Notes: a model not told the origin generated them from the sequence alone. Counted from the first letter of the stretch, positions 36,801 through 49,041 are shown. The stretch: DNA of 64,000 nt from Lophium mytilinum (GCA_010093605.1 MU004191.1:1534816-1598815), one strand, 5' to 3'. Made by a program: numbers and translations.

Positions 36801-36882
36801 ACATTGGATCTGGCACCGGGCCGCCGTTCATCTTGCTGGCGTGAGTCGTGGGACTGCCACCGGATCTGTTGTACCGGCGCAT
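33830..36882 (-). CDS. Tandem cyclic-nucleotide-binding domain + F-box + LRR protein
   Basis: CNB1 FFGEIGILMDIPRTATI; CNB2 YFGEVTSLRLAPLRTATV; F-box ILPDTILTSIFQNLDVHELMKIRLVSMHW; Cys-containing LRRs. Intron 34323-34205 joins ELDL|SFCCALSD to the stop at 33830. Confidence 0.9.
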
Positions 36883-39800
36883 GTTGGGCGACAGAAGGGG
36901 GGTGGAGAGGCAGAGGCGAAGGATGCAGATCGGAATCCAGGGCGCGGACTTTCGACGCGTGAGCAGGGCCGCGCGGGGCTCGTGTAGCTATATGTAGCTC
37001 TTGTGTAGCAATGGGGTGCTGGGACGAGAGGAGCGGTGGTGGAGGAGGCGGCTCAGCGCGACATGGTGTGCGGTTGGGCCAAAGCAAGGTGGGACAGTGC
37101 GGATACTGACAGGACGCTATCGTGGGGCGACGACGAGCAGACCGCGGGCATTGCCTGGAGCAGCGAAGCGGGCGCGCGGTGGGGGAGTGGGCACAGATGG
37201 AAGAGGGCGGTGCAGGTGGTGGTGATGTCCGGAGAGTGGTGAGAACGCAAGCGCGGACGTGGGTTTGGGCTCTTACAGCGGAGCGGTGACCTGGGCTATG
37301 GATGATGAGGGATGAGGGTCCTCCGGCTGGTGGGCTCCTAGGCTGTTAGTGGAGGACGTGAGGGCAAACGGCGGCTTAAAGCAGCGTCAGGCTGGCTGGC
37401 TTCCGGCTCTTTGGCCGCCCCGTGCCTCTTCCGCCTCTGCATCGCCGCGTTTCAGAAGCGCCAGGACGCCCTCCGGCTCGCTAGAATGCTTCGAGAAGCC
37501 TCGTAGAAAAGGGACGATGCCGCAGGGCTGCCAGGCTGCTCGACTCCCTGCAGCGCTCCTCCACCAAAATGCGGCATCAGCCAGCCCTACGCCCGCACTG
37601 CTCGACCAGAGACACAGGCACAGAAAGGGGCCGCTGTCGTCTGCAAATCGATCGCCCGCGACAACACCCTCTCCAGCACCGCGAACCCCTTTCGCACCCT
37701 CCGCCATGGTTTCACCTGGCACCTCCCGCGTGCTTCAGGGCCAACGTGTCGGCCTGCACGTTATTGCAGGGTTAGCTACGGCCCTGCAGCCGCGGACGCG
37801 CTGTGCAATTCGTCGCGCGAGTCCACTCTTTCCATCTATTTGCGGGCCTTTGCGCTGCTATCTTGGGACTAAGCTTTGACCGGCGAAGGCTTAGACATCG
37901 CGACGACGACGGGTGACAACATAGACTCCGTTCCTGGAGATCGCTTGTATCCGCGGTACGGATTTGAAACCATGGTACGAGGTTCTCGTAGCCGTAGACT
38001 TCTGGGAACTCTATCTTAGTCTCATGTCGACGACGTGTGCCGCTCTTCCAATTCCATCATCTCTTCAATACCTCTATCTAACATGGTAACTTTTTCCTCC
38101 TCGTGCAAGCTCACGACGCTACAAACGCATCACGTGGCCACTTTCGGTGCCAATTTCGCATATCTCAACCCCAGGCCTTCACTGCATCGACCATCTCCAT
38201 CACAACCATCTCGGAAGCTCCCCTAGGTACCCTCGCCACACTGATCACTGTGTAGACCTTCCTAAGCACACCACCTGCCATCTTTGCCATCACAGCTTCG
38301 GGCCACGAGTGAAAGCCACACTCCCTCGGACCTTCCTAATCCGGCCGCCTACATCTCGTAGTCTCTCGTAGTCCTGGTTCAAAGCATGAACCCAACGGCT
38401 GCAGCTGCCGCCAAGCTCCAATGCGCCAGCTCTAATACGCCGGCTACATCACTATGCGTCTCCGTCATATCTCGTATACGCGAGCGCTGGAGATGAAAAG
38501 ATACACCACCATTGAGAACCAGATTCGATAAACGGCTGTTGGGTACGGGAGATGTGACCTCTAGGCAGTAAACGATTAACATTCTGAGTAGATCGACACA
38601 TACTAGCTGGGTCCGGGATGCGTATGGGGTGCAGGAGATGTGGAAGATTGTCCGGTGCGGTTCTCGCCTCGTGCCGGTGCTCTAGTCCAGGGCTGCTTTA
38701 AGGTGATGATCGATGAGGATGTTGCGATTGCCAAACGGAAAGAGAGACAGAATCGACCCTAGACTAGTGCGATACTTTGTTTGTAGCGAAGTTGAACCAG
38801 AGGTACGGTAAATGAGCTTCTCAGAGATAAGGAGGTAAATACATACCTCAGGAGTTTCTTACCGCGCTTCAGATCCTACCGGGAAAAGATCCATTAGACA
38901 TGCGCCAAATTTACGCCTTACATACTCCGTGTCTACCAACGAATATCAGTGTTATGTATCGAACTGTGCTTAAGGTATTACATGCGCATCTAACCCAAGC
39001 ATCATTTGCCTTACCACAGTTCACAAAACCCTCCCTCACCACATATGCAAACAGTATCCACTCGCAACGCATTGAGGTCAGCAGACCATTATGTACCACT
39101 CTAAACAATGCCCTTAGAAATCTACAAGCGCGTTCGAGCACTATACTATGTACCTAAGCAGGAGTACGCCAAGCCACTACGCTGGATTGCTGTGTAATTA
39201 ATTAGTCATCAGCGCTTACCATTTAGGCGTGTCTCTGCTGGTGAGTCAGCAGGCTCACGCGATGCTAACTCAGCAAAGCTAGTCGAGCGAGGGCAGTCTA
39301 ACCGGTATCAGGTAAGCGAGACTGACTAAGCACAGCAAACTAAGCGAAAACGCGATTTTAAGCGAGGATAGTTTAACGTTACCAGCTTAGCGGGAGTGAC
39401 TAAGCACTAAGCGAAAATGCGATCTATCGGAGTATATAGTCAACTTTTTCTTTCCCCCACTCCACACCAATGTGCTAGAGACTTTACCACATGACAATAC
39501 GTGCCAAGACCGGCCTTACGGACAGAATACCTATCGTAGCGATTGAATTACATGAGAAGCTGCAAAGATCAGCTTATTCTTTTTGGAATTAGGACCCCAG
39601 CAATTGCGACCCAACAGAGTGCTTCTACCATGAGCCAGATCAACACTCTGCTACTTACGTCAGTACAAGTAACAACATGATGTAGCCTCCACTTGTACGC
39701 CTGTCTAGCAAACGTCATCTCAAGACGATAATCCTGTAAATTGTAGTAACTCATCAGAGCAAGAAGGGCGTCTCAGAAAGTTGCAAGGTCTCCTCGCACC

Positions 39801-40004
39801 TCTAGACCTCCTAGTCCCGTTACTATAGGCTACTACGGCGTACCCTCCGTGTGCACTTTCACGTTCAAGAAATCAATCTTCGCACGGTCGAATCTGTAAC
39901 TTGCTACAAACGCCCTCTAATGTAGCCCTGATGTCAATACTCTGGCTCTGGTCACGATGAGATACCACGTTGCGTGCCCACCCCTTGGGATAACGAGATG
40001 CGTC

Positions 40005-40029
40005 NNNNNNNNNNNNNNNNNNNNNNNNN
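40005..40029. other. Assembly gap next to poly-C
   Basis: 25 N bases followed by a C homopolymer. Confidence 0.99.
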
Positions 40030-40380
40030 CCCCCCCCCCCCCCTTATTGCAATAACACACGAATCTCACAGTGGGAGAGCTTGAGATGAAGGAGAATACC
40101 AGTTGATTATTGTAAGATACATAGAGGCACAAATAGTGATCATAGGATTATTCGCTGATATCAACTCTGTCTACCATTTCTAGTCGTCGCCTCGTAGAAA
40201 TTCTGGGTTGGGCATCGACCATATCCTTAGTATGCCCACCAACACCCCTACTCCAGTGCAATTTCAAAGCCGTCCGTGGAAAGTCAAACCACCCATCTTC
40301 GCCGTGTTCATAATCATCAATCGGTATCATAGCCACGCTCGTATCCCCTTTGCCTCTCCTAATCACACGCTCCCATCGCC

Positions 40381-41587
40381 TCATCTATACCCACCTCCCC
40401 CGCCACCACCACCACTTCTCCTCCTATCATCCCTCTCATCTCGGCCTCCGCCCCTATCTCCACTCCTCCTTCCCCCACCGCCGCCTCTATCATCACCTCT
40501 CCTACCATCCCTCTCGTCCTTCTTATCCTTCCGCTTCTCCCACTCCTTCTCCGCCTTGTGCGCCCCCACAGCGCCAATCACCGCCGCCGCCAGCGTCGTA
40601 AATGTATCCCCCTTACTAGCCTCATTGCCCATCAAACCACCCGCTAGCGCACCAACGACCGAGCTTGCGAGGCCGCGGGCATTGGGAGACCCTGATCTCG
40701 ACCGGGACCTCGACCGGCGCGGACGACGACGGGAGCGGGGCGAAGTCGGATTCGAATTCTGATTCTGAGGGGGGTACGGGTAGGATTGTGAGGAGGAGCG
40801 GCGGCGGGATTGGCGGGGGCGTTGAGAAGGCGGCGAGGATTGGGGAGGGCCGCGGGTGGCCATGGCCATGGCGTTCGGGTTGTAGGCGGGTGCGATGGGC
40901 GGCGGGGGCTTTTGTATCAATTAGCACAGTATACCTACATCGCAAGATAGCGGTGTTGGGGGTCTAGTGAAACGTACAAGTGCGGCTGCGTATCCGTACG
41001 GTGCCGGTGGGTATGCGGTGCGCGGCGTGTTGTAGTAGTTGTCGTCTGGATATGCGGCTGCTGCTCCCGCGGCTGCGCCAGCTCCAGCTCCGGCGGCGGC
41101 GCCGTAGCCTCCCCCCCCTCCTCCTCCTCCTCCTCGATCGCGGGACTGGTCGTGCTTTTGGTGGTACTCGCGGTCGCGGCGCTCGTAATCGTCGTCTCTG
41201 TAGTCCCTCTCTCTTTCTCGACGTCCTCCTCCTCCACCTCCACTACCACCGCCTCCGTCTCGTCGCCGCGGGCCTACGTCGTACTCGGGTTCCATATCGT
41301 CTCCCTGATCCTGGTTCTGTGGCTCTGACTTCGAGGGGTCGGGCCCAGGCGGTGGTGGGCCTGGGTCCTCGCCCGTCTTCTTGGATTTGGATTTGCGGCG
41401 CTGGTACGCTCCCCAGGCTTTGTCGTGCAGCGGGTCGTGGTACTTTTCGGCGAATTTATCGAGGCCTTCGAACCCGAGCTCCTATGGGGTCGTTAGAGGG
41501 ATGATGCAAGAAGTATATAGGTTGAGGGAACCTCGGGAGACGGGTGAGGTGAGTTTGGAAGGGACATACGACTATTTCTTCCGCCAT
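40381..41587 (-). CDS. Low-complexity Gly/Arg/Asp/Pro-rich protein with C-terminal glycine-zipper hairpin
   Basis: MAEEIV|ELGFEGLDKFAEKYHD with introns about 41569-41482 and 40977-40909. VVGALAGGLMGNEASKGDTFTTLAAAVIGAVGAHKAEK. Confidence 0.75.
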
Positions 41588-42387
41588 GGTGTCGAGAGGG
41601 GCAGGCGCGTGGGTGGAAGAGACGACAATAGCGAGGGAGGCTGTTAAGCTTTGTTTTAAGAAAGGCTTGGTGTTCGTAGTTGAAGTGATCAAGCTGGGCA
41701 GGCTACTCCACGGGTGTGGACGTCGTAGATAGTAGAGAATTCATGAGACAGACGGTTCATGTCCGGTGACGACAGGCGGCGCGGCGGAATGACTTGGCAT
41801 GCAAGGTTTCTCCTTGGCGCATGTGGGGTGAGATTGCTTGAGCATCTTGAGATTTTGAGAGTCTGAGGGAGAGAGTCGAGGCACGATTCTGGCTTTCTGA
41901 ATGCTTTTGATGGTTCTGGACAGACATTGACTGGAAGACGCGGATCACCGACGCACAGGGACACGGCAGAATGAGTAAAGCCGCAAAGGCCGCGATTCAG
42001 GGATTTGATGGTAGGGAGGAATAGTGTTATCGGATAACGATGCCACAATGCAAATTGGAAGATGGATCCCCTAAATATGCCTATTGGAGGTGTGCTGTCT
42101 ATCAGGGCTCCCGGTGATGTCTGAACGTACTCGGGCGCTGCGCTCTGAAACACGTCAATTTGTATATCGAAGTATTATTAGATTACTCCTACTTAAGCAA
42201 GCATGTGCAAACTAATTAATTTGTCGCCCCATTTCCAGAGGTCGTCAATAATTCAACGCCTTGATATCTATGCATTCCCAATCGCTAGCCCGCGCCGTAA
42301 TGCCCATGCCGTGAAGCCAAGACGCCCAATTATGTCATCATTCGTAAGAAAGCCGCAAGATTCCAGATTTGTCGAAAAACCAGGCGT

Positions 42388-42915
42388 TCATGCAGTAGCT
42401 TGCTGAAGGAGTAGGCTGTGTTGCTGCGGATGCGTCCTCTCCACATTCCCCTTCGCCATCTTCTTCATCATGAAATTTCCCTCAATCTCCACATCTTCAC
42501 GCAGAGTACCATTCGAAATACACCAGTTGCCAGCAATGGTGAGGGTGCCGGTAGAAGGCTTGGCTTGGACGAGACTTTTGATGCCATAAGGGGTGTTCGT
42601 GAGTGTGAGTTTGTAGGTGGTCTGGGGACATGTTAGATAACGAAAGGTGATGCTGGAGGGTGTTCTTTACCTGTCCAACTGGCTTCTTATCGGTAACGGA
42701 GTATGTCGCTGTGCTCGCTGGGTTGCCTGATTCCAGGCTGTAGGTAATCAAGGATGGGCACAGGGTCCTTACTGGGAGCGTGATTAGACTACAGTAGCAA
42801 CAAAGTTTCTGCGGAAAGTGGACATACTCATAAGTTCGTGGTTGTGTAGAGCCTGGAGGATGTGCTGAACAGACACTCCCGTCGGGATAGGAGTAGAGAC
42901 GCTCGTGGTAGCCAT
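42388..42915 (-). CDS. Small fungal protein of unknown function (DUF7053-like)
   Basis: MATTSVSTPIPTGVSVQHILQALHNHELM|..LCPSLITYSLESG..TYSVTDKKPVGQ|TTYKLTLTNTPYG..LREDVEIEGNFMMKKMAKGNVERTH. Two canonical introns. Not captured whole by the ORF track. Confidence 0.7.
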
Positions 42916-44083
42916 ATTATTGATTAAGATTTACTGAACTTTGAGCGAGAGTTGAGTAAAGACTAGAGCGACTGTGTCTTTACGAAATCAGATGAAAAGA
43001 TAGAAATTACGATTTGGATTGATGCAAGTTTAAGGATAGCCAGAAAGTTGAGGATGACGGAGAATATATATCCTATAAGATCGACTCCTTCAATAATGCT
43101 CGCACGGTGCCCTTGTGCCAAACCTATTCATGGCTCAATCCCTAGCACCCGACGGCCAATGCCCGATCCCGTAAGATCACCTCCCTTAACCCGAATAGAG
43201 ATGACGGCGGTGTACCGGTTTTGAAGCGAAGGACGGAAGCGGCTGGATCTGCCCTGTTAAAACGACACCTACGTCAAGCATGAGTGGTCGCGCGAGGTGA
43301 GGCGCAGGAGGCGGCCTTACACCTCGTATCGCGTCTGATCCCGTCGGCTCCCCATCTGCTGCTGATTGGCCAGGGAGTCGTGATTCGGGGGCGATCAGAC
43401 GGCTCCACCCCTCCGCCACGGGCTGTGCCTGGGGCCGTGCGTGACTTTGAGATTCCGAAGTTCCTTCTTGTGGGACGTTCACTCATCAAGAACAGAGAGC
43501 TGTGAGGGCCTTTTGAGTGTGTGAGATACTGATCGTTCAAGAAACTCCCTGAGTTGCTCTCGTTCTATTCATGTTTGGCTATACTACTAACTGCGTGTTG
43601 GAATGGGGACCAATCTTTTCAGCAGAGCTCCATGCTCCGAACTCTCCCATAATCCATACATCTAAGATCACATTACCGTTTGGAAAGAACACTCATTGTA
43701 TGCGTACATCAGAGGCCATGGTTTGCCATGCTACTACTTAGTGCCTGCGACGAACGGGTAACTCGATATTAGCACATTGAGGTAGAGGCTGTGTCCGAAC
43801 ATGGTAAAAATCTCTCTGTGCTTTTTCTTCTTGTCGCAACCCTCATAGCGTCGGAAGGGCCTTTCCGAGACTGCGACGATGCTCTCCTCGGCATCTTCTT
43901 GCGTGCAAGCATCAATACTCTCCTCGGTCTACGTCTTGTCCCAAGACACTTTTGCGTCTTAGTCGAGCACTTCAGGAATATAACTCTCAACCCCCTCGAA
44001 TGGCATGCCCCTTACCTCAGCTTTGTCCCGGCTTCCTCAAGACCAAAGACAGGAGGTAATTCAGAACTCCTGACGTAATCATG

Positions 44084-45364
44084 CTATAAGAAAAAGGTGA
44101 AAATCAAGCAAAGTAGAAGCACGGGACCGGCAAACACTCCGACCACAATGACTGGAATTGTTCCGCGCCGTCCTGCTGGCACTGTCGTAACAACTACAAC
44201 TTCCGAAAGAGCAAGGAATGTAGAGGTAAAAGCCATAATTGTGATAGGTGTTTTATGCATCCGATCCAACCCAGTGTATGAAAGATTGATACCGGCGGAG
44301 TTGTGTGTGCCGATGCTGCAAGTTTTGACTGAAAGCCGTAGCTCCATCCGCCTCTCGACCTACAACATTATCCCGAATAAACGCGACGGTAGTCATTCGT
44401 GGCCTCATATTCGTCCAGTGATAATCGGAGGAGTCTCTCATTTGAAGAGAGCTTATGCAGTCAAGAAACGCGAGGCTTGATGTGAACCGTGACCATGACA
44501 TGGAGCGATTACCGCAAACTACTACTGGCTGGGTTGCAAACATGATCTCTTGGAAGGTCCAGATTCTCTGGATCCACGGCCTTGAGAGTAGTTCATCAAC
44601 GTCCAGATAAGTTGCGGGTTTCGAAGCTGCTTTGCCTGCTTTCTCGTGGACAGGGAGGAGTTCAAGCTCCGAGCTGCGTTCCTGGTTGCCTACAGAAGAT
44701 TGGATCATCAGAACTCTAGACTCTAAGAGTAATGAACGATCTAGTAACAGTACTCACTTTTCTTCGGATTTTACTTTCGCAAAATGACAGACTTGCGTAG
44801 TCTTCAAGGGTTGCAGCTTGCCCAGAATGCTCTTCTGAGACGATGCTTTGGTAGCTCCGCTTTGTCTGGATCACCGTCGACGAAGAAGTAACCAGGAAGT
44901 CCAGTACGCTCCAGGAAACGCATTGCTATATCCGTTGCGGCGTTTCTTTTACCCAGCTATTAAGGTTGTTTCGGATTGAGAATAGATGTTACCTATGAGA
45001 GTGATCTGTTGAGATTTTTCTTCATCTTCTAATTGATTAATACAGAAGCATCGACCCAGATTGTGAAAGTCTTCAGTTTGCGACGGAGGGCTAGAATCGC
45101 TGCATGGCAATTGTCCGTGAGACTCAATGAAGAAGTCCTAACTGTGATCGTCTTTGGTGGTTCCGACATCTCGCCCCACACATAAGACAAAGTAGTGAAT
45201 TTGGGCTTTTGGTCAAGGTCCACGACAGCGAGTCCCGCTTGGATCGGCTTACTATCGCCACCCGCGGCGATGGGAGCGTTGATGGTGAGAACGCGGATGC
45301 ATTTCAGCCCAGCTGGCAGCGGCGTTGAGCTGTAAGGCTCAGAAATCTGGAACGGACCAGCCAT
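44084..45364 (-). pseudogene. HET-domain (PF06985, het-6-like) pseudogene
   Basis: IRVLTI, FTTLSYVWG, TDNCHAAILALR, IWVDA then a frameshift to CINQLEDEEKSQQITLIGNIYSQS, a second shift at (W)LG, in-frame TGA/TAA, then LLSRPWIQRIWTFQEI..VVCG. Confidence 0.85.
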
Positions 45365-45779
45365 TCGCAGAAGACTCTCGAGAAAAGGCTATATGTTGGA
45401 CCCTCAACTGACAAGGCAAATCGTGAAAGAAGCATTCATGGGTTGGATAATTGATGAGATGTAAGTTTCGTGCCGACGGGGATGACGAGGCTGAGAGGAA
45501 AAGCAAATCTCAGATTTGCCCAAGCTGCTTTGACCACAGACCAATGGAGACTGATGCCTTTCCAACTGGAAGGATATGGGAGCCAAGGGCGAGCATCAAA
45601 GAGATGGCTGTAGTCTGGAGTGGTTTGATGGAAATCGATAACACCCCGGTTAGAATATCATGTGATCCAATACCTTCTATTGGAGTAGAATATTGCCGCT
45701 CGTCCCCTTCACGCGCGACGCGTCTCTCGATCTAGAGTTCTCCCAACTTCTCTCAAGCAACATAACACTCTCAACACCA

Positions 45780-46000
45780 CTATAGCCATGGCATCGCTCG
45801 TCGCAGGGTCGCAAATACGGCTATCACTGTGTTAAGGTTGAGACCCAACTTCCATTTCGGCTGAGGTTGCTGGTTGTAAAGTCGAGGGATTATTGCAATG
45901 GCGATCACGATTCCAGTGGCGACTAGAACGAGAGCCCACTCTTTCCACCATGTTCTCAATACAAAGAGCGCGCTGGCAGAAAAAGCACTTTTGTCTTGCG
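45780..46000 (-). pseudogene. Truncated DUF3176-like membrane protein fragment
   Basis: WWKEWALVLVATGIVIAIAII..YNQQPQPKWKLGLNLNTVIAVFAT resembles the DUF3176 N-terminal TM region; similarity ends abruptly. Confidence 0.55.
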
Positions 46001-46769
46001 GTGTTTCTGGGGAGTCTTCTCCTTGGCCTGGCTGGCGTGGTGGTAAGGGAGTTACATGCGAGTCTGATGCAAGGCTGGGTTGCAGAAGAGGGTCTAGCTC
46101 TCTATGGCACGAAAGCGTCCGGCGAGGTTTGTCCCCCTTTATACACAGCCTCGCTCGGTCGCGTTTTGTATGAGGGTTGCTCATGCGACTCCCCCAAACA
46201 TCGATCCACGACTCTCGTCGGTTTTTCCGTGTTATCGACAACCGCGGGCCAAATCGGATCAGACAAAGGCCAATGCCTGATAATTGTCCTAACTGGCCTG
46301 ATCCATGATCGGGAAGCCTAGCCCCCAATTGGCAGTTGGGGGCCATCTTTTGCTCCCTCTTGATTGCCAATCGGGTGGTCCAGCCCTTGGGACGAATCTC
46401 TCTTCCGATATAGTAGATGTGACCTAAACAATATTCCAGACATAGATAGTAGAAGACATATGGGCTATAGCTGCACGTGATTTACAGGCAATTGAGGGCA
46501 TATGCAACCTTATATATTGGTGATTCTTAGCTCTTGATTCCTAGTCGGAGGCCTGTGCTGCAGCCCGCTGGTTATTCGGGTTAGTCAGGGCAACAACTAG
46601 ACATTGGCCTATGTCTAATAGATTAGCCCAATTTCACCAGATGAGCACTATTAGACTACGAGGAGATCGACACGACTCGTCATAGTAATTGACGAGACCG
46701 ACCATGCAACACGTAAGTGGAAAGTATCGCTTGATTCGATGACTTCTTAAGGAATTCAGGACTGTACTC

Positions 46770-47594
46770 TTACCGGAAATCGAATAGCGGGGTTCGACAA
46801 TTAGGGCATGTAGCTGTATGGCGTTGCTGCGTTGGATTATTAGCGATCCATGTCTCCAAGCACTCCGCCCCAAATATATGTGGATGCTCACACTTTCTCG
46901 TTTTCACAGCCTGATGTTGATTAGAAAAGCTCTCATAGCAGATATTGCAAATTTCACCTGCAGCAGGGACAGGGTCAGCAGCAACGTACACGGAAGTTGC
47001 GAGCTGCACAGTTGCATACAACTTATTGAACCCTTCGGCCGCTTCTTGGGGGGACCAACTATTCTCCCCATATTCGAGACCGTAATCGACGGCAAGATGA
47101 TTGTGCAGACCGGCATCTTCAGCGGTCCAGATTTCCGGATCGAGTTCTCCGAAGTCCTGTCCGGACTCTAGTTGGAGCATGTAGCTCATTGCGCGAGCTA
47201 GAATGTTAGGTCTTGTTAAAATGCTGACCTCGAGAATGAAATGGCAACCAGGCCTGCCTTCGTATTCAACCCTCTGGTGGATTACTTGCACTCGATCCTG
47301 CAGCGACCGAGTAAAGGGCTCGAGATCGTTTGTAGTGGGGAAAAAAGGCGCGATCCCCCGAAAGTCTTGAAGTAAATCTGTTCGAGCGGTATTTGTGTAA
47401 GTGAGAAGGGTGGAGCCTTCGACGGTCCGAAAGCTATATGAGGTTGCTAAACGAATGGCGTATTCCAAGATAGCATGCAAAAGCTGCCCGCGAAGTACCC
47501 AGGGCTCAGGAATTTGAGATGCGCTCAAGTGTTCTTCAAGGCTTAAGCAACGCTGGATGAAGTCCAAGTCCAAATTTGGCAGTGCAGGTGCCAT
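46770..47594 (-). CDS. Single-exon protein with C-terminal San1-type variant RING finger
   Basis: CNICYESF..CEHPHIFGAECLETW..CPNCRTPLF. Confidence 0.75.
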   Translation of the reverse strand: MAPALPNLDLDFIQRCLSLEEHLSASQIPEPWVLRGQLLHAILEYAIRLATSYSFRTVEGSTLLTYTNTARTDLLQDFRGIAPFFPTTNDLEPFTRSLQDRVQVIHQRVEYEGRPGCHFILEVSILTRPNILARAMSYMLQLESGQDFGELDPEIWTAEDAGLHNHLAVDYGLEYGENSWSPQEAAEGFNKLYATVQLATSVYVAADPVPAAGEICNICYESFSNQHQAVKTRKCEHPHIFGAECLETWIANNPTQQRHTATCPNCRTPLFDFR

Positions 47595-49041
47595 TTTAGT
47601 TCCAAGTGTGGTTGTGCAAAGTTTCTAGTGATGCGTGTGGTGGTAGATGAGGAACGATGAGGTGACAATGATGATTTTAGAGAACCTTGAAGCGCTGTGA
47701 TAAGAAAAGTATTGAGTACATTGACTGCAGAGGTGATGTTGGCACACAATGTTCAAAGCCACATTTAGACCGAATAAAGATCCGGTTTCCCACCTGAGAA
47801 ACTTCGGGTGCACAATGCGAATGAATCAGTTCACAGGAAGATCCGAACAAAGAGTCCCATGAATCGTAAGAAGATAAACTGGCCAGGACTTCGAAAAGAT
47901 GGAGGCCGGCGTGCTAACTGCGCCGACTCAGAAGGGAACAAATGGAATCGCAGAAGCAACTTAGCCATACGTATAAAATCACCCACCTGGATCTAGCTAG
48001 TAGTCGATACTGCCATTCTTATGGACTGCGCCGCCTCTTTTAAAATAGTTTTGCGTGTTCTGAATTGTCTCAAAGACTCGTATCGCGAATCGTCTTACAG
48101 TTACAAACCTAGCCTGACTGCTTCTCTGGGATCTCAGCCAGTGTAGCGCTGTTTTGTAAACAACAGCACTGTGTTTGTTTTGATGTGTGGTAATGAGTTC
48201 TGATATTGACCCGCCGAATCGAATCCCAGGCCCCACGTTGCTGCGGGTTTCCGTCCGACCGCACCTCTTCGCAACAAATGCATCTTCGAATATTCTCAGA
48301 CGCCGCAACAGGGACGCATGTACTAGAATAGCTGTACGGTCCCGTCATATTGCAACCGGTAAGGTTTGCCATTCGATCGCGGGCGCCAGCATGGTGATGG
48401 GTAGGCTGGCACTCGGTGGGTCCCCTAGGGTTCAGTTCTGGCCCCTAGACAAGTGTCGGGACTTTGATCGGTCTGCGATCTCGCACCCTCTTCACATTTT
48501 CGATCTGAACCCTGATTCGAGGAATTCTGAGATGGCAATGATGGCGAGGCAGATGAATCCTGCTGTCGATGTTCAGGGTGATGTATGGAGGGAGGCACAA
48601 GGAAGTATCATGAACGGCGTGACGCTGCACTAATGGAATACTACTTCACCGCTTCCCATTCTAAGCTCTACTTGGCACTAAAGGCCGCTGGTGCCTTGCC
48701 TTATCTCCACGTTCTACCGCTAGATCTCGAGTCTGCTGTCAGATAAGATCCCATGCTTTCCAGGGTCCTGTTCTGATTTTCTTCCACGATCTTTTTGCTC
48801 ACCTCACACAACGGAATGCAATTCAGTCCACTTAGCACAATACTCGGCATGGCTATCTGCAACGATCTTGCTATCTCTTCATCCGTTTCATCTTCCAATA
48901 GTAGTAATAGTAGTAGTAGTTGCCAAAAGTAGTCTTTCTTTGTCTAATTCACCGTTGCTACGGGTCTATTCCACGCCAACCTGTGCTCAATATCAACGTC
49001 TCTTTCATCAAGCATTCAAGCCGCAACCATTCTGTCCTCTC

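Noticed and set aside
27852..36882. 2OG oxygenase + glycosyltransferase as a secondary-metabolite cluster
   Set aside because: No backbone synthase, transporter or cluster regulator; interspersed with housekeeping genes.
38922..39435. Possible MITE bounded by ATACTCCG / CGGAGTAT
   Set aside because: Only an 8-bp inverted match; no second copy in the window and no transposase remnant.
48100..48930. Protein-like fragments on the - strand (EDETDEEIARSLQ) and a short TAG microsatellite
   Set aside because: No consistent frame or family could be reconstructed.
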